Assembly (NCBI GenBank): GCA_951406725.2
Contig: OX597827.1
Span: forward strand, 49,724,001 to 49,788,000
Origin: Octopus vulgaris
Taxonomy: Eukaryota
DNA: 64,000 bases
Reading direction: 5' to 3'
Positions 25,545 through 38,217 of this stretch are shown in pieces. Position 1 is the first letter of the stretch. The number at the start of each line of letters is the position of its first letter. The position numbers and the translations under genes were made by a program. Under the pieces are notes generated by a model. It did no database searches, was not told the DNA's origin, and saw nothing but the letters and a program-made list of their open reading frames with translations.

Positions 25545-26665
25545 CTGGTGCTGTGGTGGTGGTGGTGGCGGCGGCGGCGATAGCGGTGGCGGTGGAAACA
25601 ATGAGGGGCTCACTTCTCTCTTTTGTTGTGGGCAGAAAGCTCTGAGATGATTTGTGTCCCCACACAGTTGACATCTTGGCTTTCTGCCCTCAACAGCCAT
25701 GTGTCATCTGGTAAGCTTATGTAATCTGGGATAACCTTGATACTTGGCTGGTCAGCTTGTAATAGCAGCTGCTTCCCCTTGTCCTAACCAGTTCTGCTTC
25801 TGCATTATCTGTATCCGTGGAATTGTGGTTTTCTCTTCTATATTGAGGAGAATCACAGCTACTAAGCAGCAAATGTTTATCTCTGTGGGATGATGAGTAT
25901 GCTAACCTTAGATACTCTCTGACCAAGGTAGATAGGGATGGGGACGAGTTTGTCACTTGTTAGGGAGGCTGTTGAGTGATTTTTGGTCTCCTCCTCTGAG
26001 ACAAACCTCACTTCAATAGGTCATCTTTCTTTCTCCTGGCTATGTAACTTTTGCTCTTCCAAACTGGTTTTAAACACTCTACTATGTTGCTTGTTCTACT
26101 TTCCTAATTTTGTCCCCAGTTGTTTTATATAGAACTGTCTGCGAATTAATTTCTTGCTGGATAGTTCTATGATTGTTTAGTACTACATTTTTCTCACATT
26201 TCTCCAACATACATTTAACACTTTTGAATTCATTTTCATCTATAAAAATGTCTTCACTTACTTCACATGTCGCTCACACATGATCAAACGTCTCATTTTC
26301 GTTGTTGTCTTTTTTGTTAATGATGTTGGTAGTGGTAGTGGTGGTGGGCCTGCTGCTGCCACCAGTGATGACAGTGGCGGTGGCAGTGTTCTTGCTTGTG
26401 TTGTTGCTTTTTGTCTTTGATTTCTTTTGTTATTGCAAAGGGGATGGAAAAAGCAAGGGAAAATTGCTTTCATAGGTTTCATGTGCGCTATTGTTCTTAT
26501 TGTTGGTGGTGGCATTGGTGGCGATAGCGGTGGTGGTGGAAACAATGGGGGGACTCACTTCTCTCTTTTGTTGTGGGCAGAAAACTCTGAGATGATTTGT
26601 GTCCCCACACAGTTGACATCTTGGCTTTCTGCCCTCAACAGCCACGTAAAGCTTTGTGTTATCTT
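25545..26665 (-). mobile_element. L1/Tx1 ORF1 (gag-like) remnants with the zinc-knuckle segment duplicated
   Basis: VEGRKPRCQLCGDTNHLR.FCP (CX2CX4HX4C) occurs at about 25620-25700 and about 26560-26645. Confidence 0.75.
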
Positions 26666-27078
26666 GCGCAGGAGTGGCTGTGTGGTAAGTAGCTTGCTTA
26701 CCAACCACATGGTTCCGGGTTCAGTCCCACTGCGTGGCACCTTGGGCAAGTGTCTTCTACTATAGCCTCGGGCGAACCAAAGCCTTGTGAGTGGATTTGG
26801 TTGACGGAAACTGAAAGAAGCCCATCGTATATATATATATATATGTGTGTGTGTATATGTTTGTGTGTCTGTGTTTGTCCCCCCAACATCGCTTGACAAC
26901 CGATGCTGGTGTGTTTACGTCCCCGTAACTTAACGGTTCGGCAAAAGAGACTGATCGAATAAGTACTAGGCTTACAAAGAATAAGTCCTGGGGTCGATTT
27001 GCTCAACTAAAAGGTGGTGCTCCAGCATGGCAACAGTCAAATGACTGAAACAAGTAAAAGAGTAAAAGAGTAAAGAGT
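26666..27078 (+). mobile_element. SINE family B, full copy
   Basis: gcgcaggagtggctgtgtggtaag head, gggttcagtccc B box, ccttgggcaagt core and gtaaaaga tail repeats. Confidence 0.92.
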
Positions 27079-27654
27079 CACTGTCTTTTCTCGATGACCA
27101 TCTGTTCCTTTCAGTGGACAGACAATTCTCCTTCGCCATCTTTTTGTTTTTTAGCAAATATCAGAATAGTCCCCAAGGGCTACAAATAGAAAAGGACTAA
27201 CCAGCTCTCCAAGGTCCTGGTTAGTTTACCTAAGTAATGAAAACAAATGTACAATGCATGACAATATGAATAACAACAAAACTTACTGAGTGATGTGCAA
27301 TACGTGTCGGTGAACATATACTAATACTACTACTAATAATAATGATAACAATAATAATTATAATGATTTCTAATCCAGGCACATGGACAGCAATTTTGAC
27401 GAGAAGGAGTTAGTCAATACCTTTGATCTCAGATCTTGATATATTATTTTATCAGCCCTGAAGGGATGAAAAGCAAAAATGACCTTGCTGGAATTTGATC
27501 TCAGAATGTAAAGAACATAAACAATGTTGTTTTTTAGCCTCAGATCAGTGGTGGTCTAGCAAACCTTTGATGATCTGACTACAATTTTTACCAAGTTGAA
27601 CAATCATGTAAATGCTATCTTTTTGGCTTACATGGTTCCTGAATATGTTGGTTT

Positions 27655-28200
27655 ATCATCATCATCATTTAGCGTCCGCTTTCCATGCTAGCATGGGTTG
27701 GACGGTTCAACTGGGGTCTGGGAAGCCAGAAGGCTGTACCAGGCCCAGTCTGATCTGGCAGTGTTTCTATGGCTGGATGCCCTTCCTAACGCCAACCACT
27801 CCGTGAGTGTAGTGGGTGCTTTTTACGTGCCACCCGCACAGATGCCAGATGGGGCTGGCAAACGGCCACGGACGAATAGTGCTTTTTACGTGCCACCGGC
27901 ACAGAGGCCAGTCGGGGCGGCGCTGGCAACGGCCACGATCGGATGGTTCGCTTACTTGTCACTGGCACTGGTATCACAGCTGCAATTTCCATTGATGCTG
28001 ATCGACTTCGATTTTGGTTCTGCTTTCTGATATCTGATTTGATTTGATTTGATCTTGATTTTGATTTCCACTTGCCTCAACGGGTCTTCACAAGTGGAGT
28101 TTTGTGTCCCAAGAAGGAAAGGTATGTATAAGTCGACTGGCTACATACCAGGTAGAGGCCATGGGTTATGGTCTCACTAGTCTTGCCAAGTCTTCTATGA
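27655..28200 (-). mobile_element. SINE family D, long copy
   Basis: 3' part matches 5217-5390 and 56925-57132. Internal duplicated gtgctttttacgtgccacc motif. Confidence 0.78.
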
Positions 28201-28363
28201 TTAACTACTTATTCAAATTTCAGAAATTTATTAAATAATCTTTTATTATTATTATTATTTTTATTTTATTTTATTTTTTTTTTCTAGACTACCATTAGTT
28301 TATACTGATTCTGGTTGGTCAATGTTAGTTTTAGTTGATGTGGTTTTCCTCTTCATTTGTCAG

Positions 28364-28423
28364 ACAATAACAGAATGCATGGTGAAATATATGAACAGGA
28401 AAGGAATAAAGATTCATGAATAA
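28364..28423 (+). CDS. FANK1: Probable terminal coding exon of the FANK1-like gene
   Basis: Pyrimidine tract plus tgtcag acceptor, phase 0. Reads TITECMVKYMNRKGIKIHE*, a short basic C-terminus of FANK1-like length with weak sequence similarity. Confidence 0.62.
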   Translation, partial: TITECMVKYMNRKGIKIHE

Positions 28424-28599
28424 CTTATGGTATTTCGGTATGTACCTGCTTACATATTCTCCGGTGTGCCTAACAGCTACTAACATCTTTTTTTCTTCTG
28501 TAAGTTGTATATTATCATCATCCTCATCATTATTTAATGCCTGTGTTTCATGCTGGCATGGGTTAGAAGCTTTGACAGGATCTGATTGCAGAATTGGTA

Positions 28600-28930
28600 T
28601 GGAATGAGAATGAGACCCACAAGGAGGGGTTGAGTGTTAAAGTCACCAAAGGTGATAACTTCAGCGGGAGCAGAGGTGAGATATATGCCTTTAATGCTGG
28701 AGGAAGTGTTGTCAAAGAATTGCTGATGGTATGAGGAGTTGGGAGAGTGACAGAGGGAACAGGTATATTTGGAAGAAAGTGGAAGGGAGACGTTGAGCCA
28801 GAGTAACTGGAAAATGTTATTACTGAAATCCAGGCAAATGACAAGAAGAGTAGAGTCTACATATATACTGACACTGAGTGTAGCTTGGATGGCCAAAATG
28901 AATTGTAATTAGTTGAGAAATTTGTGCCAT
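28600..28930 (-). mobile_element. LINE AP-endonuclease fragment
   Basis: ORF 28534..28896 contains SLCHSPNS...QFFD...VITFGDFN, including the APE GDFN motif. Confidence 0.65.
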
Positions 28931-29679
28931 GTAGAGGAATAAGATATATAGTATGTGTGTAAATAAAAGACAATATATGGATTGTATGTGAAAGCAAAGA
29001 CTACAGATGTTTGAGAGAAGAGAAAAACTTGACCAGAAGTTTTAATTGTTTTTGGCAAGCATGGATAAGTCTTGGTAACCCTCTACCAGAAGCCTTGTCC
29101 AAAATTTATGAACACAATGAACTCCAGCAAAGTTACGCATAGGTCAGGTGGTTAAATATGACCGGTATGTGTGTCCTTAAGCAAGACACTTATTTCATGT
29201 TGCTCCAGTCCACTCAATTGTAAATAAGTAGCTGCCAGAATGCTCTGATGTGCTGGTAACTGACTTGAAGGTTCATTTTTTTATTGTTATTGTTATCATT
29301 GTTGTCAATGCTGCTAGTGTAGTTGATTGTTATGTATTGTAGCAGAAGATTAAATAATTTTTGTTTTTGTTTTTTGGTTTTACCCTTGAAGGAAACATAT
29401 TTGTAATGAGGCCATCATCCTACTCCATCATTTTCTGTAACTGTTCATTATTTCTTCTTTCTTCTGTTTTTTTAAAATCTCTGTTAATGCTTTTTTTCAC
29501 AGGTTTGTATCTGAGAGGGGAAGAGGTATATCTGTTTACACTAGTGTTATTACTGCTACAGCAACTACCTCTTCACCTTTCCCTATTCCTCCATAAGATG
29601 AAGCTATCTGGTATTTCTTGAGAACTTTATTTACAGAATAAGAAAACATAGATATTAAAATGTTTTTTTTTTTTTTACC

Positions 29680-30200
29680 AACCCAAAGAAAGCACATGAA
29701 TACTGAAATGCTTCAAAGTGTACTGATCAGTAAAATACACTGAAAGTAACTCTTTCCTATTGAGTACCAACCAAGACCAGTTGGTTATTGAAGTGGCTTA
29801 ACATAATATAACAGCTTGCTGTCACCCTTCAGCTAAAGTATACCATCGTTCCTGAGCCTGACGTTGCAATTCATAGCACAAAACTTAGACTGTTATAATC
29901 ATTCATGGTAACAAGTTGGGTAATAAAATATCCATAAAGTGGACAAATATATTTTCATAGATGTTGATATTTCAAATAAAATTAAAAATAAGTGTCATAA
30001 TTGAATATATACAGCGCAAAGTACAGCAAGATGCGGATGAAAATGTATGCCTTAAAAGTTACCACCAAAATTCACTACGTATAAGAAGGTCAGAAAAATT
30101 TATTGCCTGTCTGTCTGAGATTGAAAAAAACATTCTCAAAACCAAGATGGGAATTAGGACAATACAGTAACAACAACAACAACAACAACGACAATAGCAA
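29680..30200 (+). mobile_element. Very decayed R4/Dong-like LINE 3' end with (AAC)n tail
   Basis: Fragments PDVAIH and IFIDVDI resemble the restriction-like endonuclease seen at 46080-46170. Confidence 0.4.
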
Positions 30201-30479
30201 TGTTAATAATGACAACAATAGTGACAATAGCAACAATAATAACCACTCTTAAGATTCTTAAGATTATAAACCTGGAAAATTACAGGACAAGTTATTACAC
30301 CTGGAAAAGTTCAGGACAACTGATTATATCTGATGAGCTACAGAACAAGAACATTTTTTAGTTAAAATATTGCAGCTAAGGATAAAATCTGAATATTTAA
30401 AATTATTTAATTGAAATTTTCAAAGAAACATTATAATTAAAAAAGGTACCATCATTTTGTTAAAATATTGACACTTTTA

Positions 30480-30646
30480 TAGGTGCAGGAGTGGCTGTGT
30501 GGTAAGTAGCTTGCCAACCAACCACATGGTTCTGGGTTCAGTCCCACTGTGTGGCATCTTGGGCAAGTGTCTTCTGCTATAGCCCCGGGCCGACCAATGC
30601 CTTGTGAGTGGATTTGGTAGACGGAAACTGAAAGAAGTCTGTCGTA

Positions 30647-30693
<47 letters not shown>

Positions 30694-30915
30694 ATATATG
30701 TTTGTGTGTCTGTGTTTGTCTCCCTAGCATTGTTTGACAACCGATGCTGGTATGTTTATGTCCCCGTCACTTAGCGGTTCAGCAAAAGAGACCGATAGAA
30801 TAAGTATGGGGCTTACAAAGAATAAGTCCCGGGGTCGATTTGCTCGACTAAAGGCGGTGCTCCAGCATGGCCACAGTCAAATGACTGAAACAAGTAAAAG
30901 AGAGTAAAAGAGAGT
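30480..30915 (+). mobile_element. SINE family B, full copy
   Basis: Full match to 26666-27078. Confidence 0.92.
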
Positions 30916-30919
30916 TTTA

Positions 30920-31260
30920 TGTTGAACACTCGCTCTTGACGTATGTTGTTCGTGCATATCTCTTAAATATTTAAAAATGGATCATACAACTCTTTGGTTT
31001 TCTCATCCCAGACGATTTGGACCAGGATCACGACAATGTCGAGTCTGTGCCAACACTCACTCCGAGAATATTCCAATGACATTGGATTTAAGAAACTTGA
31101 CTAATGGTTAACGCAAACATGTCCTGAGGCTTGTTAAGAAACATTTAACTGGCTTAAAAGTCAATAAATTACATTGTAATATATAAAAAAAAAAAAAATG
31201 GCGGTGCCCCAGCATGGCTACAGCTCATAACCTGAAACTAGATAAAATAAAAATAAAATC
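30920..31260 (+). mobile_element. CR1-group LINE 3' fragment
   Basis: Ends in ggcggtgccccagcatggctacagctc...tgaaactagataaaataaaa, the same tail as 2352-2420. Confidence 0.65.
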
Positions 31261-31475
31261 TATTAAAAAATGAGATCCAGAAGTACCAATATAGCTAAAG
31301 TCTTACGCAAAGTAGAATAATATATATGGTAGGCAAAAAATAGGAATTGGGTCAAGACTAAAAATGTGAAGGCAATAACTTAGGCAATAACTGAAGCAAA
31401 TTTTACTGCGAATTTATTGCTATAGGTAGATTTTACTGTAACATATAACTAATTTTTGTAATATTCTATTTATTG

Positions 31476-31893
31476 GGATCTTTTCGGTTTGAACGGCAGT
31501 TTTTAACATAATTTCTAGGTAACTAAAGAATTTTAAACTTCGTATACTGGTAGAATGTGTTTATAAAACATCTTTTTCTCTTGGCTTTATTGAGAAAATT
31601 CTATAGTTTGTAAGATATTTGTTGTTTTTTTTTCTTCAATTTCTGCAATTTCAACCAATCAGTGACGTCTATGGAGTTAAAAAGCATTCTGTGCCATATG
31701 AATATGTCTCTCGTTTAAGAAACAGATTGGGTTTATTTACATTTGTGAAGAAAAAAAGATACCCTTTACCCACCCCCAAACCCTAACCCTAAAAGAGATT
31801 GAAATGCAATAGATCGATTTTAGGGTCATAATTATGGGTGACAATTTCATATGACACCGCTAGAAAAAACTACCGTTCAATCTGAAAAGATCC
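31476..31893. mobile_element. Merlin-like MITE, copy 2
   Basis: Same TIRs. TSD ATTTATTG at 31468-31475 and 31894-31901. Confidence 0.92.
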
Positions 31894-32096
31894 ATTTATT
31901 GTACTTACTAATTATGTACTACTATTATTTTTATAACCTATTTTCAAATTCCTAATTATTAATTAATAATTAAAAAAATGAATTTTTTAAAGTGCAAAGA
32001 TATTTTGAGTTTTTAAAAATATTTAATAGAAGTAACAAGTAATACCGAATAGAAGTAATAACTTGTAATAAAATTTTTAGTTTTAATAAAAGCTAA

Positions 32097-32488
32097 TCTA
32101 TATATATAAAACTGTAGTTGTGTGAGTGTCTGTCTCCTACGATTTAGATTCCTAACTACTCCCACATTTTGCGGTGCAGTTTAACCAAAACCGGGTATCT
32201 TATAGTCGTGATTCATATCGAGCCCTTCTGGGTATTAGCGCGTGTCTACGATGAGTCTACGATTTAAAAAAAAATTTACCATCATTTTTTTCCATTTTAA
32301 TGCATTTTTTCGCTATTATATAAAGGAAGTAACTCTCTAAAAATGTCTACGATGAGTCAACGATTTAAAAAAAAAATTACCATCATTTTTTATTCCATTT
32401 TTAATGCATTTTTTTGCTATAACTCTCTAAAAATGCTTATATAGTTATTTCCCTTACAAACCCGAGCAACGCCGGGCGATACTGCTAG
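32097..32488 (+). mobile_element. Non-autonomous Helitron
   Basis: A|TCTATATATATAAA 5' end, 3' hairpin cccgagcaacgccggg followed by CTAG|T, no TSD. Confidence 0.85.
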
Positions 32489-34005
32489 TATTTTCTAAAT
32501 CTAAATATTTTATTTGAAATTTTATCCTTAGCTTCAATATTTTAAGTAAACATTTTCTTGTTCTGTACTTTACCAGATGTAATGAGTTGTCCTGAACTTT
32601 TCCAAGTGTAGTAACTTGTCCTGTACTTTTCCAGGTTTATAATCTTAAGAATATTCTCTTGCTCACATTTTCCCATGTAATATACATACACACACACACA
32701 CACATATACACGCATATATACATACATACACACATGTACACATAAATACATTCACACATATGCATACATATATATACATACACACATACATATATTTGCA
32801 CATATGCATACACACACATATATCCATACATACATATATACATACATACACATATATACATATACATACACAAACACACACACACACACACACACATATA
32901 TGTATCTATACACAAACACATATATACATATATATGTACACACATACACATATACATATATATTTTCTAGTTCGTACGCACCTATATATTTGCACACGCA
33001 TTCACACCTCTATATCTATATATATACCTAAATACATATGCATACATACACATATATATATATATGTATCTACGCTACTCAAGTATTTAAGTTCACATAT
33101 ACACTGGTAGTATATCTGTGAGGGTTGTTCTTCTCTTCAACGATCGAATGATTGAAAGTGTGGGTGTCATCCACTTCTATTTGGATATATGCATCTTTTT
33201 TTTTATAGAGAGAATCCCGTTATTGAAGGGTGAAATATTATTTTTTTTTTTGTGTTCAGTGGTGGTTTGTACTTTCTAATGAAGAATTCTTCATTATATT
33301 TCTGGAACTCTTAGTTGTTCGACCATAACTTAAAAAAGGGGAAGATTATGAATTTTCCCTTTCCTCATGACGCAAAGTGTTCACTGCAAGTGATGTTTCT
33401 GACAGACGGGTCTCTAGCTTGTTGTTTATGTACACGAACTCTGTTATATAGTCCCATTCTGGTTTCACTAATGTAGTATTCTTTACATTGTGAGCAAGTT
33501 GATTCAGCACTTAGAAAAGAATTTGAAAAACATTATATTTCTTACCAAACGTCAACTATTCAAAAGGAATCAGCAGGAGAGGACTTTCATAAGCCCTTCA
33601 TAAAACACTCCTTAAACACCCCACCACCTCCAAACTCCACTGTCAGTCAATTATCATTTACTATTTTCTTTTCGCTCTTATTCATCAACACTACTTCACT
33701 CCCACACTTAACAAACCCAGCCCCACCCCAGATACACCCAATTCTCTTATACATAGAATCACACACCACAATACAACCTGAGATCAGTTTGACAATCGCC
33801 ACCGACGAATGTGAGAAAATTCTACGGAAAAGTTAACAAAGAATGTTTAAAAAACTTACCGAAGTAAACAAAGAACTTACGAGATTTATAAACCAAACTA
33901 TAAAATTATATTATTAAAAAATTAAAAAGATTAAATTGATTAAAACTACCAGTGAAGTCATTCAACTCCTTCATCAAGTACACACACACACACATATATA
34001 TATAC

Positions 34006-34048
<43 letters not shown>

Positions 34049-34049
34049 G

Positions 34050-34410
34050 GAGTATGCACATAAATGTGAAACAAGTTATCCAGGCACAGAATGTCAGTCC
34101 AAGATGTGGGCTGACGACGAAACCGTTCAGCACGCTTTTGTACAATGTCGGGAGCTGTCAAGCTTGATAAGCTATGTACAACACGTGTTGTCGCATATGG
34201 GAGGAGTACGGCTATCGGCTGGATCTATAAAAAGGATGCTACCGCCAGCTGGACTCTCAAAGGAAGGTGAGGCATGTTTTCTCTGTACGGTTGCAGTATT
34301 GAAAGAGGGCGCGCGCATGGAGATCTAGATTGGAATGTATCGTGACAGGATCCTTTGTCTCTGGCCCTGGGTTACTAACTTACTTCAGGTACCATCTGAA
34401 TTTTTGTGAG
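34050..34410 (+). mobile_element. L1/Tx1 ORF2 C-terminal fragment
   Basis: DETVQHAFVQC...LSAGSI...GEACFLCTVAVLKE aligns with ORF 22234..22782. Confidence 0.72.
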
Positions 34411-34429
34411 AGGCCACCATTGTTGGGTG

Positions 34430-34846
34430 GTACTCTTTTACTCTTTTACTCTTTTACTTGTTTCAGTCATTTGACTGTGGCCATGCTGGAGCACCGCCTT
34501 TAATCGAGCAAATCGACCCCGGGACTTATTCTTTGTAAGCCCAGTACTTATTCTATCGGTCTCTTTTGCAGAACCGCTAAGTGACGGCGATGTAAACACA
34601 CCAGCATCGGTTGTCAAGCAATGCGAGGGGGACAAACACAGACACACAAACACACACACACACACATACATATATATACATATATACGACAGGCTTCTTT
34701 CAGTTTCCGTCTACCAAATCCACTCACAAGGCATTGGTCGGCCCGGGGCTATAGCAGAAGACACTTGCCCAAGATGCCACGCAGTGGGACTGAACCCGGA
34801 ACATGTGGTTGGTTAGCAAGCTACTTACCACACAGCCACCCCTGCG
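34430..34846 (-). mobile_element. SINE family B, full copy
   Basis: Reverse-complement match to 30480-30915. Confidence 0.92.
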
Positions 34847-35014
34847 TAGTGAATTATTGAAAAATGAAAAAGTTATGCTGAGGCTACTGCAAAATTGAAA
34901 GACATTGTGAGAGACGGAATTGGTTGGTCGTTATAATTTTGTAAAGACTGTAACTGAGAAAAAATTTATTTGAAATTTTTATGGGAAAAAAAAAGGAAAA
35001 ACAAATAAATATTG

Positions 35015-37450
35015 CAACTGATTTCTTTATTACCCACAGGGGGCTAAATATATATATGGGACAATACACACATGCGGGGACACTCAACACATGAAAGAAT
35101 GGAACAGTGAAATTATACAATGAAGATGGAATGGCCACCCCAGCCCCGCTCCGGGGTGGTTACGTTATTTCGATTATTTCAACACTTTTTTTCAAAATTA
35201 TTTCAACATTTTTCAAAAGTTCTTTCCACAATTATCTCCACAGTTTTTCAAAATTTTTCAACATCAAAAGTTCTTTACAAAATTATCTCAACAGTTCTAT
35301 ACAACATAAAACTCGGATCTTTTCGGTTTGAACGGCAGTTTTTTCTAGTGGTGTCATATGAAATTGTCACCCATAATTATGACCCTAGTATCGATCTATT
35401 GCATTTCAATCTGTTTTAGGGTTAGGGTTAGGGTTAGGGGTGGGGGAAGGGTATCTTTTTTTCTTCAGAAATGTAAATAAACCCAATCTGTTTCTTAAAC
35501 GAGGGACATATTCATACGGCACAGAATGTTTTCACCTCAATAGACGTCACTGATTGGTTGAAATTGCAGAAAAAAAACAACAAATATCTTACAAACTGTA
35601 GAATTTTCTCAATAAAACCAAGAGAAAAAGATGTTTTATAAACACATTCTACCAGTATACGAAGTTTAAAAGTGTTTAGTTACGTGGAAATTATTTTTAA
35701 AAACTGCCGTTCAAACCGAAAAGATCCTAAAACTCTACTTACCATTTTATATAGTTCGTAATTTCCTCATAATTCATCACTGGAGCGCTGGGTTCGAAAT
35801 TCACCTCGGGGCCCCAGTGGGTTTATATCTGATGGGAAAGCCTCTTTTAACTTTCTGTACTTATCTTTTTCCATTAAAATCCATCTCGTCTCCTTATCGT
35901 AACCCTCCGAGAGGTCCACTTCAACAATGTCTTTCACTTTAGTTATTTTTCTTTCTATTTTTGGTGTCGACCGATATGTTATCAAATATAATTCTGTTCC
36001 TGTGTACCTCTTGCGTCTGTATGTCTGTTAATTTTTTTTGTCTTTGTGACTCAGTACTGTCACTTGTCTGTTCTTGTATAGTTATTTTATAGCTGTATGT
36101 CTGTGTATTTAATTGTCTGCGAGTCTGCATGTTTGTGTGACTGTAAGTCTGCATGTTGTGTCTGTGTGTCTGTGCTTTCGGGTTCTGTGTCTTTTGGTTT
36201 CTGCATCTCTGTGTTATCTTTTACGCTTCCGTGTGTATGTATGACTGCGTGTTAATGCGTCTGCAAATCTGTCTGTTTGTGCGATTGTGAGTTTGTATGT
36301 TTATTTGGTGATGTTCTGCCTTCATCTTCTTTCCTCGGTGATCCCATTTGATCCTGTGATTTATATTTCTTTCCTTAGTCAACTTCCTAACTCTAACCCC
36401 TCCATTCTCTCTTCCTTAACTTCCTCAAAATCAGCTCTCTGTTCCTCTTCCTGTGTCTGTTTCTTCTCCTCTATCACGGCTTCTTGCGTTTCCATTTCTA
36501 TGTTTTCCATAATTTCTGGGCACCTCTTTTGCCATATTCATAGCACTTTGCAGGTCTCCCCTCCAACAATATATCCAGCTTATCTGCGTTTGGCAGTTCC
36601 AGTGTCTCCGGTATTATAAGGTTGTCCCAAAAGTTTGTGTCATATATTCTTTGATTCGAAGCCGGCTGAATGGTACTTTGACCTGATTCGACAGCTTGCA
36701 GATCGATGGCAGAAAGTCTTGGAAAATAATGGTCTTTATTTTGAGGAATAATTTTTGTTGTTTTTGTTAGTACTTGGCGAGTAAAAATTCAATTTTCACA
36801 AGTGTTTACGAACTTTTGGGACAACCTAATATATCGTATACTGACTTGCCGTGAAAACCACCTCCAAACCATACCCTCAGCAATTTATTTGTTGGGTACT
36901 GTTATCATAACTGCTCTTGCTTCTTCTTTTGATCCAGAGAAAATTGTTGCCATTACCCATTCTGGCTCTATTTTCGGCGGGTTCCTACCCACCCTAATCC
37001 TCGTTGGACATCTACCCAGCTGATTGCTGCCTCCGCCGATACAAATGTGATCTCTACAGACGGGTATGTCTTGCCTCTTGTGAAAAACGACACATCTTCT
37101 TTCAATTCCTTCAAACACCCTTCCATCTCCTCCTTCGTTGCGCTCTCCGTTCTTTTATTTTTCGTTGAAAACGATTTATATTCCACCCCTTTAATTTCCA
37201 TTTTTGCCTTTTCCTCCTCTGATGAGGCCAACTTTACGTATGGCCCCTCTTTCTGTACCAGCTCTTGATCTTTTCCAAATTTCTCAGCCATGTCCTTCAT
37301 TCCAGCGCATTTCGTATTGCTTCAGCAGGCCCGAGACGACAGAATCCCGACTCCCCCGTCGCTGTCGCATATGTCTTCATTTTCTCCGTCTCAGCAACGC
37401 CCACCAAGCAATGGTGGCGTTATATTAAAAAAATGCTGCAAAGCAGCACA
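35015..37450 (-). mobile_element. Decayed L1/Tx1-like element retaining ORF1 and the 3' tail but apparently no ORF2
   Basis: ORF pieces at 36968..37300 and 36885..37118 (FFTRGKTYPSVEITF, IRVGRNPPKIEPEW) resemble the ORF1 relic at 25750-26200. The 3' tail at 35015-35155 matches 37765-37900 (+). Confidence 0.6.
35315..35727. mobile_element. Merlin-like MITE, copy 3 (opposite orientation)
   Basis: Same TIRs. TSD TAAAACTC at 35307-35314 and 35728-35735. (TTAGGG)4 near 35415-35438. Confidence 0.92.
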
Positions 37451-37924
37451 AAACAACTCAACCAAAAAAAAAAAAATAATAAATAAAATAAAAAGAAAAA
37501 CGCAGCGAAGCAAAAACACGTCCGAATTTATTTAAAGACTGTGAATGATTGAGAAAAAATATTTGGTTAATTTTTTTGTTTTAAAAAAAAGAAGGAAAAA
37601 AAGTAAATCCTGTAACTATTGAATGAACAGTCCTTAAAACATTTTCTTTAAGATGTAAGATGGAAAGGAAAAGAGAAGTCGCGATTAATCCTCGGAGCTG
37701 GGCTAGAAATTGTTAATTAAAATGTAAGGTTAAAAAAGAATAAAGGGAGATCACGATTTCATCTCGGAGCGGGACCGAGATTGGCCATTTCATTTTCATT
37801 GTAATTTAATTCATTTTATATTCATCCTTTCATGTGTTTTTTTGTTCTCGCATGTCTGTGTATGTCCCAGCTGTGTTTAAGCCTTGTGCCTGTAATAAAG
37901 ATTCAGCTAGCAAGCTAAGCTACT

Positions 37925-37963
37925 CAGACTGATGAAGAGCAATGACTCTGAAACTAGTCTCTG
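37925..37963 (+). ncRNA. Minimal type I hammerhead ribozyme motif
   Basis: caga-CTGATGA-agag(caatga)ctct-GAAA-ctag-TC|tctg. The core is intact, stems I and II pair, and stem III is a palindromic mini-stem. Predicted cut after 37959. Confidence 0.8.
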
Positions 37964-38184
37964 GTTGCTGGCTTTGCTGTGTGGAGGTGCTTATCTCCCC
38001 TGTTAGAAAACTCGACATAGAACGTTTGTGTCACATAGCCACTGGAAACGATGTTTCCTGGGGCTAAATAACAGTAGCATTCTTCCCTTTTCTGGGACTG
38101 CTACATTACGTTGGCAACAGACTATCACTTTATTGTGTTTCTTCTGTATAAGTCTCTCTGAGCGATTTAGAAATGCAATATTTC

Positions 38185-38217
<33 letters not shown>

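Larger units (their letters stand above)
30250..32675. mobile_element. Long-TIR (about 170 bp) non-autonomous DNA element hosting several nested insertions
   Basis: 30253-30400 (attcttaagattataaacctggaaaa...gctaaggataaaat) is the reverse complement of about 32510-32655. Confidence 0.75.

Noticed and set aside
35415-35440. TTAGGG repeats as a telomere or fusion site
   Set aside because: Only 2-5 units, and always inside the same MITE.
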